Source: Chiloscyllium plagiosum (Eukaryota). Taken from it: DNA of 64,000 nucleotides. Below the pieces are notes generated by a model that saw only the letters and a list, made by a program, of their open reading frames with translations, ran no database searches and was not told where the DNA came from. This document shows, one piece after another, positions 49,255-60,714 of this stretch. The position numbers and the translations under genes are program-made. Positions within the stretch are counted from its first letter, which is position 1; the number at the start of each line of letters is the position of its first letter. The stretch lies in assembly GCF_004010195.1 (NCBI RefSeq), contig NC_057751.1, forward strand, positions 6,518,863-6,582,862. The letters are read 5' to 3'.

Positions 49255-49530
49255 GAGACAAAAAAACTGCAGATGCTAAACTCCAAAGTAGTCAGGCAGG
49301 AGGCTGGATGTGCACTCAGTGAGTCCCTTTCTCATTGCCACAACACCGTGACCTCCTCAGTCCTCCAGTTCTTTTCCCATACGATGAAACAAACTCACTA
49401 CTACAACCTTGTAATGTTCCTTAGATGCTGTCTTTGCAAGTCCTGAAGAAGGGTTACATCTGAACCATTGACTTCTCCACCTCATGATGCTGCCTGGCTT
49501 GCTGTGTTCTTCCAGCCTCCTGCCTGTCTG
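49255..49530. mobile_element. PLE-derived element with inverted ends
   Basis: GGCAGGAGGCTGGA / TCCAGCCTCCTGCC; damaged CTGAAGA core at about 49443; imperfect TSD CTTCCTTCCATTAATAG / CTTCCTCCCATGAATAG. Confidence 0.65.
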
Positions 49531-49839
49531 CTTCCTCCCATGAATAGCTGCCTTGTGTGATTCGTGACTGGCACAAGATCATAGTTGAGACAGGTACCTG
49601 TTTGGCCCTCTTATGTTTATGGCAGAGTGGCGATAACCAAAATAAAGAGCAAGTGAACGAGGAGAAAGAGCAGACAGTACCTTAATTCCCAAATGTCCGA
49701 CTGGACCACATTTGATCATTACTGAACTTCATCAGTCATGGCATGTGATAAGGTGAGATAGAGCAATGAGATAATTAGGTACATTGAGATTACTTCAGGA
49801 CCATTCCATTGCACTTAACTGGCAGAATAGAGATAAAAA

Positions 49840-50150
49840 CATCAGACCATAAGAAATAGGAACAGGGGTAGGCCATTCAGCCTCTCAAGCCTGCTCCGCC
49901 ATTCATTAGGATCACGCCTTCTCAGACATTCCTCACATCCACTTTCCTGCCCTTTCTCCTTTAACCCTTGATTTATGTACTCATCAAGAGTCTACCTCAG
50001 ACTTTAATGTACACAAGGACTCTGTGTCTACAGTTCCCATGACTCTCAATCCTCTGAATGAAGAGACTCCTCATTTCAGTCCTACATTGGGGCGCCTTTA
50101 TTCTGAAACCATATTTTCTGGTCGTAGACTCTCCCAATGAAGGGAAACAT
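49840..50150 (-). mobile_element. CR1 3' end
   Basis: CCATAAGAAATAGGAACAGGGGTAGGCCATTCAGCC. Confidence 0.75.
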
Positions 50151-50579
50151 GAACAAAAATAAATTCTTTTTTAAAAAATTTAGTGCAGGGCACTTAAGGA
50201 ATTAGATGTGCTGTTGCTGACCTCCAGTGCTACACTCACCCAGCAGAGACATTCCTCCAGCATTGTGTGCTCAACCACAGTCTGTACCATTTCCATAGCA
50301 ACCAAGGAGAAGTGTTTTCTTTTCCAAAAAGAGAATCACAGCTCCTTGACAACACCCCACCTGCCTCGGGCAACACATTTGCATATTTTATTTAGTTTTG
50401 AACAATAAAGTCTTCGAACTTTCTTTGAATGTATTAGTGCTCCTATTTAATGGAGAATTTGCGCACAGAGATAATTCAGAACAAATGAAGTGACTTGTAA
50501 AAAATGATACAACAGCAGACAGAAGCAGTTCCACCTTCGTTGAACACATCTTTGTCTGAATTTCTCTCTTGTGTCAAGA

Positions 50580-51944
50580 TTTTGTTTATTTCAAAAATAT
50601 ACTTTATTCATAAAATACCTTTGTATGTATACGGAGTCCCGAAAGCAGTTCGTTTCTGTACAATAGTATGTGAAGAAACAAACAAACATTGGAGTTTGAC
50701 CCTGTCCAGCAAACAAACCAAAGGTATTTCTTACTTGTCCAAGACTATATATTTCAGGCATCGGGAGGGTCCAGTAATTGAATGGACTCCCATTTAACTT
50801 GGGCAGAAAGACCTTAGACGGTGGTCTGGCCCTACTGCGCCTTGGCAGCAGCTGCCCCAAGCTTGAGGGTACCCCTCAGAATGTAGTCCTGAACCATGGA
50901 ATGAGCCAGTGTGCAACACTTGGTCAAGGTCAACACCTGGCTCTGGAAGACCAGTAAGTTTCGGGCAGACCAAAGAGTGCCTTTCTCTGAGTTGATGGTC
51001 CTCCAGGCACTGTTGATGTTCAACTCGGTGTACGCCCCAGGAAACAGACCGTTGAATACAGAGTCCAGCTTCACAGAGCTGCTTGGGACGAATCTTGACA
51101 AAAACCACTGCATCTTTCTCCAGACTTTCTTTGTAAAGGCACATTCCAGCAGGAGATGTTCGACAGTCTCTACCCTCGCCGCAGCTGCTTCAAGGTCGTC
51201 CTTGGTGCTTGTTGGAAAGTTAAGGCATTAAGAATGATAAGGCATTCTGCCAAGTGACTTTGACAGTCTGTTCAGAGACCAAGCCTTTGTTTTTCCCACA
51301 GGGTCTCGAGAACACTACATGCTGACTATTTCCTGATAGACTTGTGGTCATAGGTGTTTTTCTTTCCAAATTTCTCTACGAAGGAGAGGTGGTACAGAAT
51401 GATCCAAGTACTTGGAGTGTTCCATGGCAGTGAGGCCAATCTCATCCTCTGTAACACAGGGGACAGGCAGAACCTCAATACAAAGTGACACTTTGTGTAT
51501 GAGAGTTTGTGCACAGCTTGATACAGCCACATTCAAAAGTGGCCGTCAGGATGAGGGCAGCGTTGTGCATGTTCTTCTCCCCTTCCTCCAGAGCTTTGTG
51601 CATGGTGTCCCTGTGGACATGGTCCATCTTAGACTTCCAGAAGAAGTGGAAGATGTCTCAGGTGATTGCAATGGCATAGGCTCTAAGAATGGGCCAGACC
51701 TGCACCACATACAACAACAGAGGACACCTCACACCTGACGACCAGGTTATTAATCTGCAATGGCGAGGGACTGATGCTCCCATAAGCTCAGTTTTCATCT
51801 CACCTTGACTACATGCTCCTCCCATGTTTTTTGCACTACAAACCATATTCCCAGCACCTTCAGGTAATCTGTCCTGAAGGGGAATAAAGGGGATCACCTT
51901 CATGTTTCCCTTGACTCAGTCCCACCAGTCCACAGGTGACTCAC
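50580..51944 (-). mobile_element. L1/Tx1-clade LINE, ORF2 C-terminal part and 3'UTR
   Basis: RTDYLKVLGIWF; ETVEHLLLECAFTKKVWRKMQWFLSRFVP...WRTINSEKGTLWSARNLLVFQ; AATAAA at the 3' end. Confidence 0.8.
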
Positions 51945-54024
51945 GGTGAAAGGAAAGGCTGATAGGTGTAGAGAATGCTGGATGACTAGAGAAATTGAGG
52001 GTTTAGTTCATAAAAAGAAGGAAGCATATGTCAGATATAGACAGGATAGATTGAGTGAATCCTTAGAAGAGTATAAAGGCGGTACGAGTATACTTACGAG
52101 GGAAATCAGGAGGGCAAGAAGGGTACGTGAGATAGCTTTGCCAAATAGAATTGAGGAGAATCCAAAGGGTTTTTACAAATATATTAAGGATAAAAGGGTA
52201 ACTGGGGAGAGAATAGGGCCCCTAAAAGATCAGCAAGGCGGCCTTTGTGTAGAGCTGTAGGAGATGGGGGAGATACCAAATGAGTATTTTGCATCAGTGT
52301 TTACTGTAGAAAAGGGCATGGAAAATATAGAATGTAGGGAAATAGATGGTGACATCTTGAAAAACGTTCATATTAGAGAGGAGAAGGTTCTGGATGTTTT
52401 AAAATACGTTAAAGTTGATAAATCCCCCAGGACCTGACCAGATATACCCTAGAACTCTGTGGGAAACTACAGAAGTAATTGCTGGGCCCCTTGCTGAAGT
52501 ATTTGTATTATCAATAGTCACAGGTAAGGTGCCAGAAGACTGGAGGTTGGCTAATATGCCCCNNNNNNNNNNNNNNNNNNNNNNNNNNNNNNNNNNNNNN
52601 NNNNNNNNNNNNNNNNNNNNNNNNNNNNNNNNNNNNNNNNNNNNNNNNNNNNNNNNNNNNNNNNNNNNNNNNNNNNNNNNNNNNNNNNNNNNNNNNNNNN
52701 NNNNNNNNNNNNNNNNNNNNNNNNNNNNNNNNNNNNNNNNNNNNNNNNNNNNNNNNNNNNNNNNNNNNNNNNNNNNNNNNNNNNNNNNNNNNNNNNNNNN
52801 NNNNNNNNNNNNNNNNNNNNNNNNNNNNNNNNNNNNNNNNNNNNNNNNNNNNNNNNNNNNNNNNNNNNNNNNNNNNNNNNNNNNNNNNNNNNNNNNNNNN
52901 NNNNNNNNNNNNNNNNNNNNNNNNNNNNNNNNNNNNNNNNNNNNNNNNNNNNNNNNNNNNNNNNNGAAGACAGAGGGTAGTGGTGGAAGGATGTTTTTCA
53001 GACTGGAGGCTTGTGATCAGTGGAGTGCCACAAGGATCGGTGCTGGGTCCACTAGCTTTTGTCATTTACATAAATGATTTGGATATGAACATAGCAGGTA
53101 TAGTTAGTAAGTTTGCAGATGACACCAACATTGAAGGTGTAGTTGGCTGCGAAGAAGGTTACCTCAGAGTACAGTGGGATCTTGATCAGATGAGCCAATG
53201 GGCTCAGGAATGGCAGATGGAGTTGAATTTAGATAAATGCTCGGTGCTGCATTTTGGGAAAGCAAATCTGAGCAGGACTTATTCACTTAATGGTAAGGTC
53301 CTAGGGAGTGTTGCTGAACAAAGATACCTTGGAGTACAGTTTCATAGCTTCTTGAAAGTAGAGTTGCAGGTAGATAGGATAGTGAAGAAGGCGCTTTGTA
53401 TGCTTTCCTATATTGGTCAGAGTATTGAGTACAGGAGTTAGGAAGTCATGTTGCGGCTGTACAGGACATTGGTGAGGCCACTTTTCGAATACTGCGTGCA
53501 ATTCTGCTCTCCTTCCTATCGGAAGGATTTTGTGAAACTTGAAAGGATTCAGAAAAGATTTACAAGAATGTTGCCAGGCTTGGAGGATTTGAGCTTTAGG
53601 GAGATGTTGAATAAGCTGGGGCTGTTTTCCCTGGAGCGTCGGAGGCTGAGGGGTGACCTCTTTATAGAAATTTATAAAACCATGAGAGGCATGGATAGAG
53701 TAAATAGGCAAGGTCTTTTCCCTGGGGGGAGGGAGTCCAGAACTAGAGGGCATAGGTTTAGGGTGAGAGGGGAAAGATATAAAAGAGACTTAAGGGGCAT
53801 CATGTTCACACACAGGTTTGTGTGTGTATGGAATGGGCTGCCAGAGGAAGTGGTGGACGCTGGTATAATTGCAATATTTAAAAGGCATCTGGATGGATGA
53901 ATAGAAAGAATTTGGAGGGATATGGGCAGGTGGGACTAGATTGGGGTGGGTTACCTATTCGGCACAGACGCGTTGGACTGAAGGGTTTGTTTCCATGCTG
54001 TGTATCTCGATGACTCTGTGACTC
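51945..54024 (+). mobile_element. CR1 LINE, about 2.1 kb, relatively young (gap 52563-52965)
   Basis: SGVPQGSVLGPLAFVIYINDLD...SKFADDT; LYRTLVRPLFEYCVQF; few disruptions. Confidence 0.95.
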
Positions 54025-55390
54025 GAAGAAGAGCTCTGCAATCACTTTTAAGCTCCTCACTGTGTTCTGGGTTCAACGGTTTCACGTCTAGCTTCCTCAT
54101 CTCCTTGCTGGAGGTCGGCAAACATGAGGCAGTAGAGATTGGGGTGGGTTACCTATTCGGCACAGACGCGTTGGACTGAAGGGTTTGTTTCCATGCTGTG
54201 CATCTCGATGACTCTGTGACTCGAAGAAGGGCTTCACGGTTGTCCAACCTCTGCAATCACTTTTAAGCTCCTCACTGTGTTCTGGGTTCAACGGTTTCAC
54301 GTCTAGCTTCCACATCTCCTTGCTGGAGGTCGGCAAACATGAGGCAGTAGTCAGAGAAGAACACCACCTTGACATCAGTGGATGTGACTGTGAATGTGCA
54401 GGACACAAACAGGAGATCCATCTTTGAGTAGATTGACCTGTACTGCTCTCCTTCTTCTCTGTGGTGCTGTCCCTTGTGTCAAGATAATTTGGCTGGTACT
54501 TACCTCACAGGTGTATTTGCAGTAGTGCTGAAGATGTCATGCAGATTGGCAAATTTAACCATTTCCTCAGGAATCTGGGTTTACTGTCGGCCTCTCTGGA
54601 ATGCCCATCCGCATCAATGATGTGGTTGTAGTCTTCAGCCAGAATGACCAGCCTGGACATCACCAGCAACAATGGGAGCTGCTGCAGGATGGCCAGTTCC
54701 TTACTCTTTCCCACTGGGACCCAGTTCATTAGTCTTAGGGGAGAATCTCTGCACATTGCTTCTGCTAAAAGGACGTGCCGACCCACCACCTCCTTAGCCT
54801 TGGAGAGGGTGAAGTTGCCTTCCCGCAGCAGAATATCCAGCCCCAATCATTATCCCCCTGAGCAAATCAAAGGCCTGTGGGTTAACCAGCTGGACCATTT
54901 CCTCTAGCTGCTGAGATGCCACATCCTGCACAAGTCTGCTTTGATGATGGTCAAGAAAGCCAATGTGGAAACACGCCTGGTGGTAGATATAATGCTACAC
55001 ATGTCTGTACTGCAATCTTAAAACCCATACTGAGAGTTTATGGAATTACCCCTAAACCCAATGTGCGTTCACCCTTGGCCTTATCACTGGGTCCCTCCCT
55101 GCATCCCTGTGGTGTGGGCAAATTGCTGGGACACTCTCCACGCTGAGGTCGCCGTCCTGTTCATTCCTTGGGGGAATGTCCCGAACCAGTGATGTTGGGG
55201 CTAGAATGAAGTCAAAAAGGTCAGTTTCTGAGACCAACACATGGAGTGTTGTGCTCTGCTCCTGATTTGGAGCATTGCTACTACTGGTTGCCTGGAGCTG
55301 GTACATAATAGGTACTCCTTAGTTCCTGATAGCTGGAGGTTGGATTCACTGGGCCCTTTGTGACGTCCAGTGTTCCTGGGTTGGGGGGTA
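54025..55390 (-). mobile_element. L1/Tx1-clade LINE, endonuclease region (same element as 50580-51944)
   Basis: LVILAEDYNHIIDADG (GDFN-like motif); WKLDVKPLNPEHSEELKSDCRGWTTVKPFFES. Confidence 0.75.
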
Positions 55391-55859
55391 CTGCTCTCCT
55401 TCTTCTCTGTGGTGCTGTCCCTTGTGTCAAGATAATTTGGCTGGTACTTACCTCACAGTTGTAAAGTGTAAAACATGTCCAGTCATGTGCAGTGATGACT
55501 TATCTTTACGTCACTTTTTTGTATAAGTTGGGGGGTCTCCATAATTAATATTTTCATACTTAAAATATAAAGTTTCTGGGCTTTTGAGGCTCAGCAACTT
55601 AATGTTTACTGGAGTTCTGAAAAAAACTGCCTTTAAGATATTTTTGAATGCCCACGTTTTGTGGACAAAATCGGGGGGAGTTTTAATCTGCATGTGGGGT
55701 GTCGCTGAAATCAGAATAGCGTCAAAAATTGATGATTTTTCTTCATAACCAGAATTAGGGACACAAATAAAAACTGAGTGGTGACAACTGTGACTGGGAT
55801 GGATTACACCGAGGTGAAAAGATTATGTGTGTTACCTGTACCAAAAATCTAATACAACA

Positions 55860-56195
55860 TTCCAGTACAGTATTGACAGAATGCTGCACTGTTGCAGATT
55901 GTAACGTCCAAGTTAGCTTGGACTAAAGACCCAGGTCTTTTAGTCTCTCAGGATCATATAGACCATCCCATCACCATATTTTGAAGAAAGACAGCTAAAA
56001 TATCCCTGGTATCCTGGTCACCATTGACTCCTCAAAGATGGAACAATAAAGTATCTGTTTATCATATTGCTGTTTGCTGGAGTTTGCTGTGTACAGTGTG
56101 GAAGCTGAATTTCCGGATTGCAAAAGCAGCCGCAGTACTTTGGAACGTCCTGATGTTGTGACTGGTGTTATGTAAATGTAAGTCTTCCTTTTTTT
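55860..56195 (+). mobile_element. Deu-domain SINE
   Basis: CCAGTACAGTATTGACAGAATGCTGCACTGT...TTTTGAAGAA...ATTGCTGTTTGCTGGAGTTTGCTGTG...TAAATGTAAGTCTT. Confidence 0.7.
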
Positions 56196-56329
56196 TAGGT
56201 TTAAGATTTGGATCAAAAAGGTGGGTTTTGGGGAGGCTCGTGAAGGAGTTGAGGTGGAGGATTTGGGAGGGCTTTTCAAGGTGGAGCCAAGGTGCTGGTG
56301 GAATATGCTTCACTTTGTCTGGCTAAGTA

Positions 56330-56820
56330 AAGCTCCAACAGCAATTATGATATTGACCAACATCACGACAAAACGGGATTCATGATTGGCAACCCATCCA
56401 CCACATAAAACATTCACTCTCTCTACCGTGACAACACAGGGTCTGCAGTATTAATTATTGTCTAATCTGCCCTTTAATTGTGCACAGGCAAGCTTGCAGC
56501 CAGTTTGCCAACGCTTCTTCAGCACCTTCCAACTCCATCATCTCTGCTATTTAGATGGACAAAGGCAACAAGCTCAGGGGAAAACAACCTCCTCTGAGTT
56601 TTCTTCCAAGTCACACAGTATCCTGATTTGGAAGAACGTTGTACTTCTACATCTTGACTGGATCAAAATCTTGAAACTCCTGAACTAAGAGCACCCAGGA
56701 AAGACTTCACCAGATGAATTGCTTCATGTTCGGAAAGAAGGTTCACCGACACCTTCTCAAGGGTGGATCAAGATGGACAACACTACCTGGCCTTGTCAGC
56801 TTGGCTCCTATGCCATGACC
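56330..56820 (+). mobile_element. 3' fragment of the LINE family at 60715-63700
   Basis: AAACATTCACTCTCTCTACC...TCACCGACACCTTCTCAAGGG. Confidence 0.7.
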
Positions 56821-57160
56821 AAACAAACACCACAACCATGAAAGGTCTGCACGAATTGTTGTCAGTGAACGTAGCTGCTGTTAGGAAGGTAGAAGCTCTT
56901 GTCAAGACTGCATTCTTTGTTTTTCTGGACTTTGGACTATGGACTGAAAAGGGAAAAGGACTGTTTTAAAAAGCAAAGATTGTAGAAAGGATTGCCACAT
57001 TTTTTTAGACTGAACTGACACTGATTATAAGTGCTGTTTACATGGCTGCTGGATCTAGCTGTTAATTGAAGAGTGAGTTGCAGATGAGTTGGAGCCAAAT
57101 AACAAGTACAAATAGAGAGTTAGCCTGCAATTGCTAGCTGGTTGGCATGGTGAACGATGA

Positions 57161-57248
57161 GGTAAAAACAATGACTGCAGGTTCTGGATCAGTGGTGCTG
57201 GAAGAGCACAGCAATTCAGGCATGTCCTCGGATGCTGCCTGAATTGCT
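57161..57248. mobile_element. Deleted palindromic PLE-derived mini-element
   Basis: 14-bp TSD ATGGTGAACGATGA on both sides; AGCAATTCAGGCAT / ATGCTGCCTGAATTGCT. Confidence 0.7.
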
Positions 57249-57634
57249 ATGGTGAACGATGACCAGTTTCATTGAGAAAGGTCTTCTGCCTCTCAATAAG
57301 TATGTGATGGCTTTCAGTTCGCTGAACAGGATGTACGTGTGAACATTTCGGCAGAAGCCATCAGACCTCCAGAAATGATGAATCTAAGCTTCTCTTAGCA
57401 GTAAAATACCTCAAACCGAAGAAAGCCAGTTTATTTCCATACTCCTGCTCCTAGTTTTGATATTTCAATGTCTTCTGAAGAGAGGTCAAATAGGTTTGCG
57501 TGCTCACTGGAATTTGGAAGAATGATATGGGACCTTATTGCATCAGACACAATTCTTATGGGAAGTTGATGGGGTAAATGCAGATAGGTTGTTTCTCCTT
57601 TTGTGAGAGTCGAGGACCAGAGGGTATAGTTTAA

Positions 57635-58000
57635 AGACTTTGTGAAAATCAGCAGCTCAGGAGCTGGTTGGATTCGTTCTTGGTCTGTTCTCCAAGCTGG
57701 TAGGTTTGTCGGTAGATTTTTTGTCCCCTTTCTAGCTGACATCATCAGCTGTGTTGCCTCCCATGAAGCGCTGCTGTACTATCTTGCTTTGAATTTATGT
57801 GGTTCTGTTTGAGCTGTTTCTGGTCGGTTCCAGTTCCTGTTTTTCCATTGCAGCTGTTTGTATATCAGGTCCAGGTCAATGTGCTTACTGATGAAGGCTG
57901 AGGATGAGTACCATGCTCCCAGAAATTCCCTTGCTGTTTTCTGTTTAGCCTGTCCTAATATCATCATGTTGTGCCAGTCAAACTCATGGTTCGTGTCAGT
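57635..58000 (-). mobile_element. Penelope 3' fragment inserted in a plus-strand CR1 (about 57480-58140)
   Basis: NHEFDWHNMMILGQAKQKTAREFLGAWYSSSAFISKHIDLDLIY. Confidence 0.85.
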
Positions 58001-58149
58001 GTGAATGGAGACCAAGGAGAGTTGGTCGTGTCGCTTTGTTGCTAGTTAGTGTTCTTTGATGCATTGTCTCATAATAAGGAATCACAGATTTAAGACAGAG
58101 ATGAGAAGGAAAGCTCTTCTCCGAGAAGTAGGCAACCCTCAGTTCTTTA

Positions 58150-59520
58150 AGAGTATTCCTCCATTCAGTATGATTATAAGTAATCATCCAATTCTGCACC
58201 TGGTTCCCACTTTCACCTACTACCCTTTGATCCCTTTAGCCTCAAGGACTATATCTAACTTTTTCTTAAAAACATTCAGTGTTTTGGTTTCAGTCACTTT
58301 CTGTGGCAGAGAATTCCATACGCTCTCCACTCTCTGAGTAAAGAAATTTCTCCTTGTCTCAGTCCTAAGCAGCCGACCCCACATCCTGAGACTGTGGCCC
58401 ATGGTTTTGAACACTCTCAGTCTTCACATCCTTCCAACATTTATCCTGTTTGGTCCTATTAGGATTTTTAAGGTTTCTATGAGATGCCCCACCCCTTCCG
58501 TTCTTCCAAACTCCAGTGAATGTAGTCCCAGCTAATCCAGTTTCTCTTCATATGTCAGTCCTGCCCTGTCAGCAAGCAGTTCTGTAAACAGTCTTCCACA
58601 CCTGTTATCAGACTAATGACTGCCTCCAATGCCATGAAATCTTTCCATAGAATAAGGGGTCCTAAGCTGTGCACAGTATTCCAGTGATGGTTGGACTATG
58701 TTGTTTTTAGTTTCTAGAAAACCTCCCTGTTTTGAAAATATATTCCCTTTGTCATAAAGGTCTGTATTCCCTTCNNNNNNNNNNNNNNNNNNNNNCGGCC
58801 CCTTAACTTGGGTGCTAGCTTTTTTGTGATTCATGGATGAAGACTCCCAAACCCCATTGTTGTGTAGCTTTTTGCAGTCTTTCTTAATGTAAATAATATT
58901 CAGCAACTTCATCTTTCCTGCCAAAGTGCATAACCTTACATTTTCCCACATTACATTTCATCTGACATGTTTTTACCCACTCACTTAACTTGTCTGTATC
59001 TCTCTTCAGACTCTTTATATTATCTTGACCTGGCACCTATTTTTCCATTGACCAACCATGCCATCTTTTCTTCTTGAACTATCTCCACAGAGGCCAGGAT
59101 CCTGTCACCCACTATTTGTCAGTGGAAAGTCCTTGACGTTGAGCCAGCTCCCTCAGTGCCACCTCTGAGAGTGATTAGAACCTCTGACACTTCTGTTTCT
59201 ATCTGTCAGCCAGGGCTCCCCAATTGGACCAGGTGAACAGCCCCAATCAGGAAACTCTGACCTCATTCTAATCATTGCACCTTTTAAGTAGCCTCATGCA
59301 TGGTATCTTATAAAAATGTCTTCTGAAAATCAAAAATATTACATTGACTCATTGTCCTTTATCTATTCTCGTTATCTCCTCAAAGAATGCTGGTAAATTT
59401 GTCAGACATGATTTCACCTTCATGAAGCTATGGCTGACTCAACTTGGTCATATAATGTATTTCAAAATACCCTGCTATTACATACTTTGTCACAGGCTTG
59501 AACATTTTCCCAATATCAGA
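58150..59520 (-). mobile_element. CR1 LINE, decayed, with an LTR-like insertion at about 59050-59270
   Basis: GHSLRMWGRLLRTETRRNFFTQRVESVWNSLPQ; SLEYCAQL. Confidence 0.8.
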
Positions 59521-59912
59521 TTTAAGAGATGTGAAAGGCTTTTCGTCAAAAGGCGCGATAAGCCCTTGTTCTTCAAAACAAACATTGAAGCCCATAATTA
59601 TACTGAGGGAGCCAGGGGCTACACAGACACTCTTCCTGGAGAATGATTGAGAATTCCCTCCAGAGAGTTTAATGAAAATCAAAATGTTGGTCAATGAGGT
59701 AGGTGCAGAGTACATCGTGTACAGAGTGGTACAGACTTAATGAGGTGAGCAGTGGAAAATTGTGTGAGACTATAGTCAAGGAAAGTAACCTCCCCAAAAC
59801 TGACATGTAGCCTATTTCTAGAAAAAATCAACCCTTTGTTTTTGCCCACAGAGATACAAAGACAATGTATAACCATGATTTTTTATTTTGCGCACTGGAA
59901 AGAGTGATGTCA

Positions 59913-59940
59913 GAGAGAGAGAGAGAGAGACAGAGAGAGA
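59913..59940. repeat. (GA)n microsatellite
   Basis: Direct inspection. Confidence 0.9.
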
Positions 59941-60714
59941 TTGGCATCTTTGTGTTAAATACAAAGAATTCCATCACGACAAATGATTTTACCCTTCAGT
60001 TCACTCACACGGATCCATTGCCCCCACAATAATTTTGATCAAAACTGTCAGGCATTTGACAATTCCTTTTCAAATCAGTTGACAGCAATGTTAAAAAAAA
60101 AACAGCAAATGATTTTCTGAAGCCTAATAACTGATAAAAATAAGCATGTTTTTGAAACTTAAGAAAAGATTTAATTTTAAACTCAGAAGAAAAAGGGATC
60201 ATATTCACCCAGTTTGATTGACCGAAGGCAGTAGAATGTTTTACAGCTCACCCAATTTTTTGTTTAATTGATCTCCAAGTCAAACAAACAGTAAAAGTAC
60301 TGGGTGTGAGTCAATATTGTGGACAAAGTTCAGGACATCTGCCCAAAAAAAAACACAAAGAGCAAGCCTGGCACCTTCAGTCACCCTCAGGAAGTGGAAC
60401 CAAACACGTAGGCAACTCTAAACACTACTCAGGGGTAAGCTAAATTTTAAAAATAAACTTTCCAGGCCTCATAGCAAGTAAACACTCAGAACCATTGAAC
60501 TCTACTCGGACTTGACTGAAAAAAATTTAAGAGTCATCTCTGTGTCCCCTTAACACAGTTGCTCATGTGTTTGGCCCTTTCCACATGATATGACGGCAGT
60601 CTCAGAAGAATTTGAGCGAATACTCCAGTAAAGTATTAGATGACACGTGTTGGAAAGTTGACCAGATGAATTCTGGTGATTTTCACGCAATATTAAATTC
60701 CAAATCAGGACTTT

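Noticed and set aside
52415..53900. Possible active reverse transcriptase gene
   Set aside because: 5'-truncated CR1 with stops, frameshifts and a gap.
54497..54506. U1 snRNA 5' end (TACTTACCT) as a Tx1 target
   Set aside because: The match is only about 9 nt and downstream U1 sequence is absent; it is the complement of a splice donor.
55510..55720. Possible mariner/pogo MITE remnant
   Set aside because: No matching TIR pair found.
60010..60066. Minus-strand micro-exon ending at GTGAGT
   Set aside because: Poor acceptor, short, two frames open and unrecognised.
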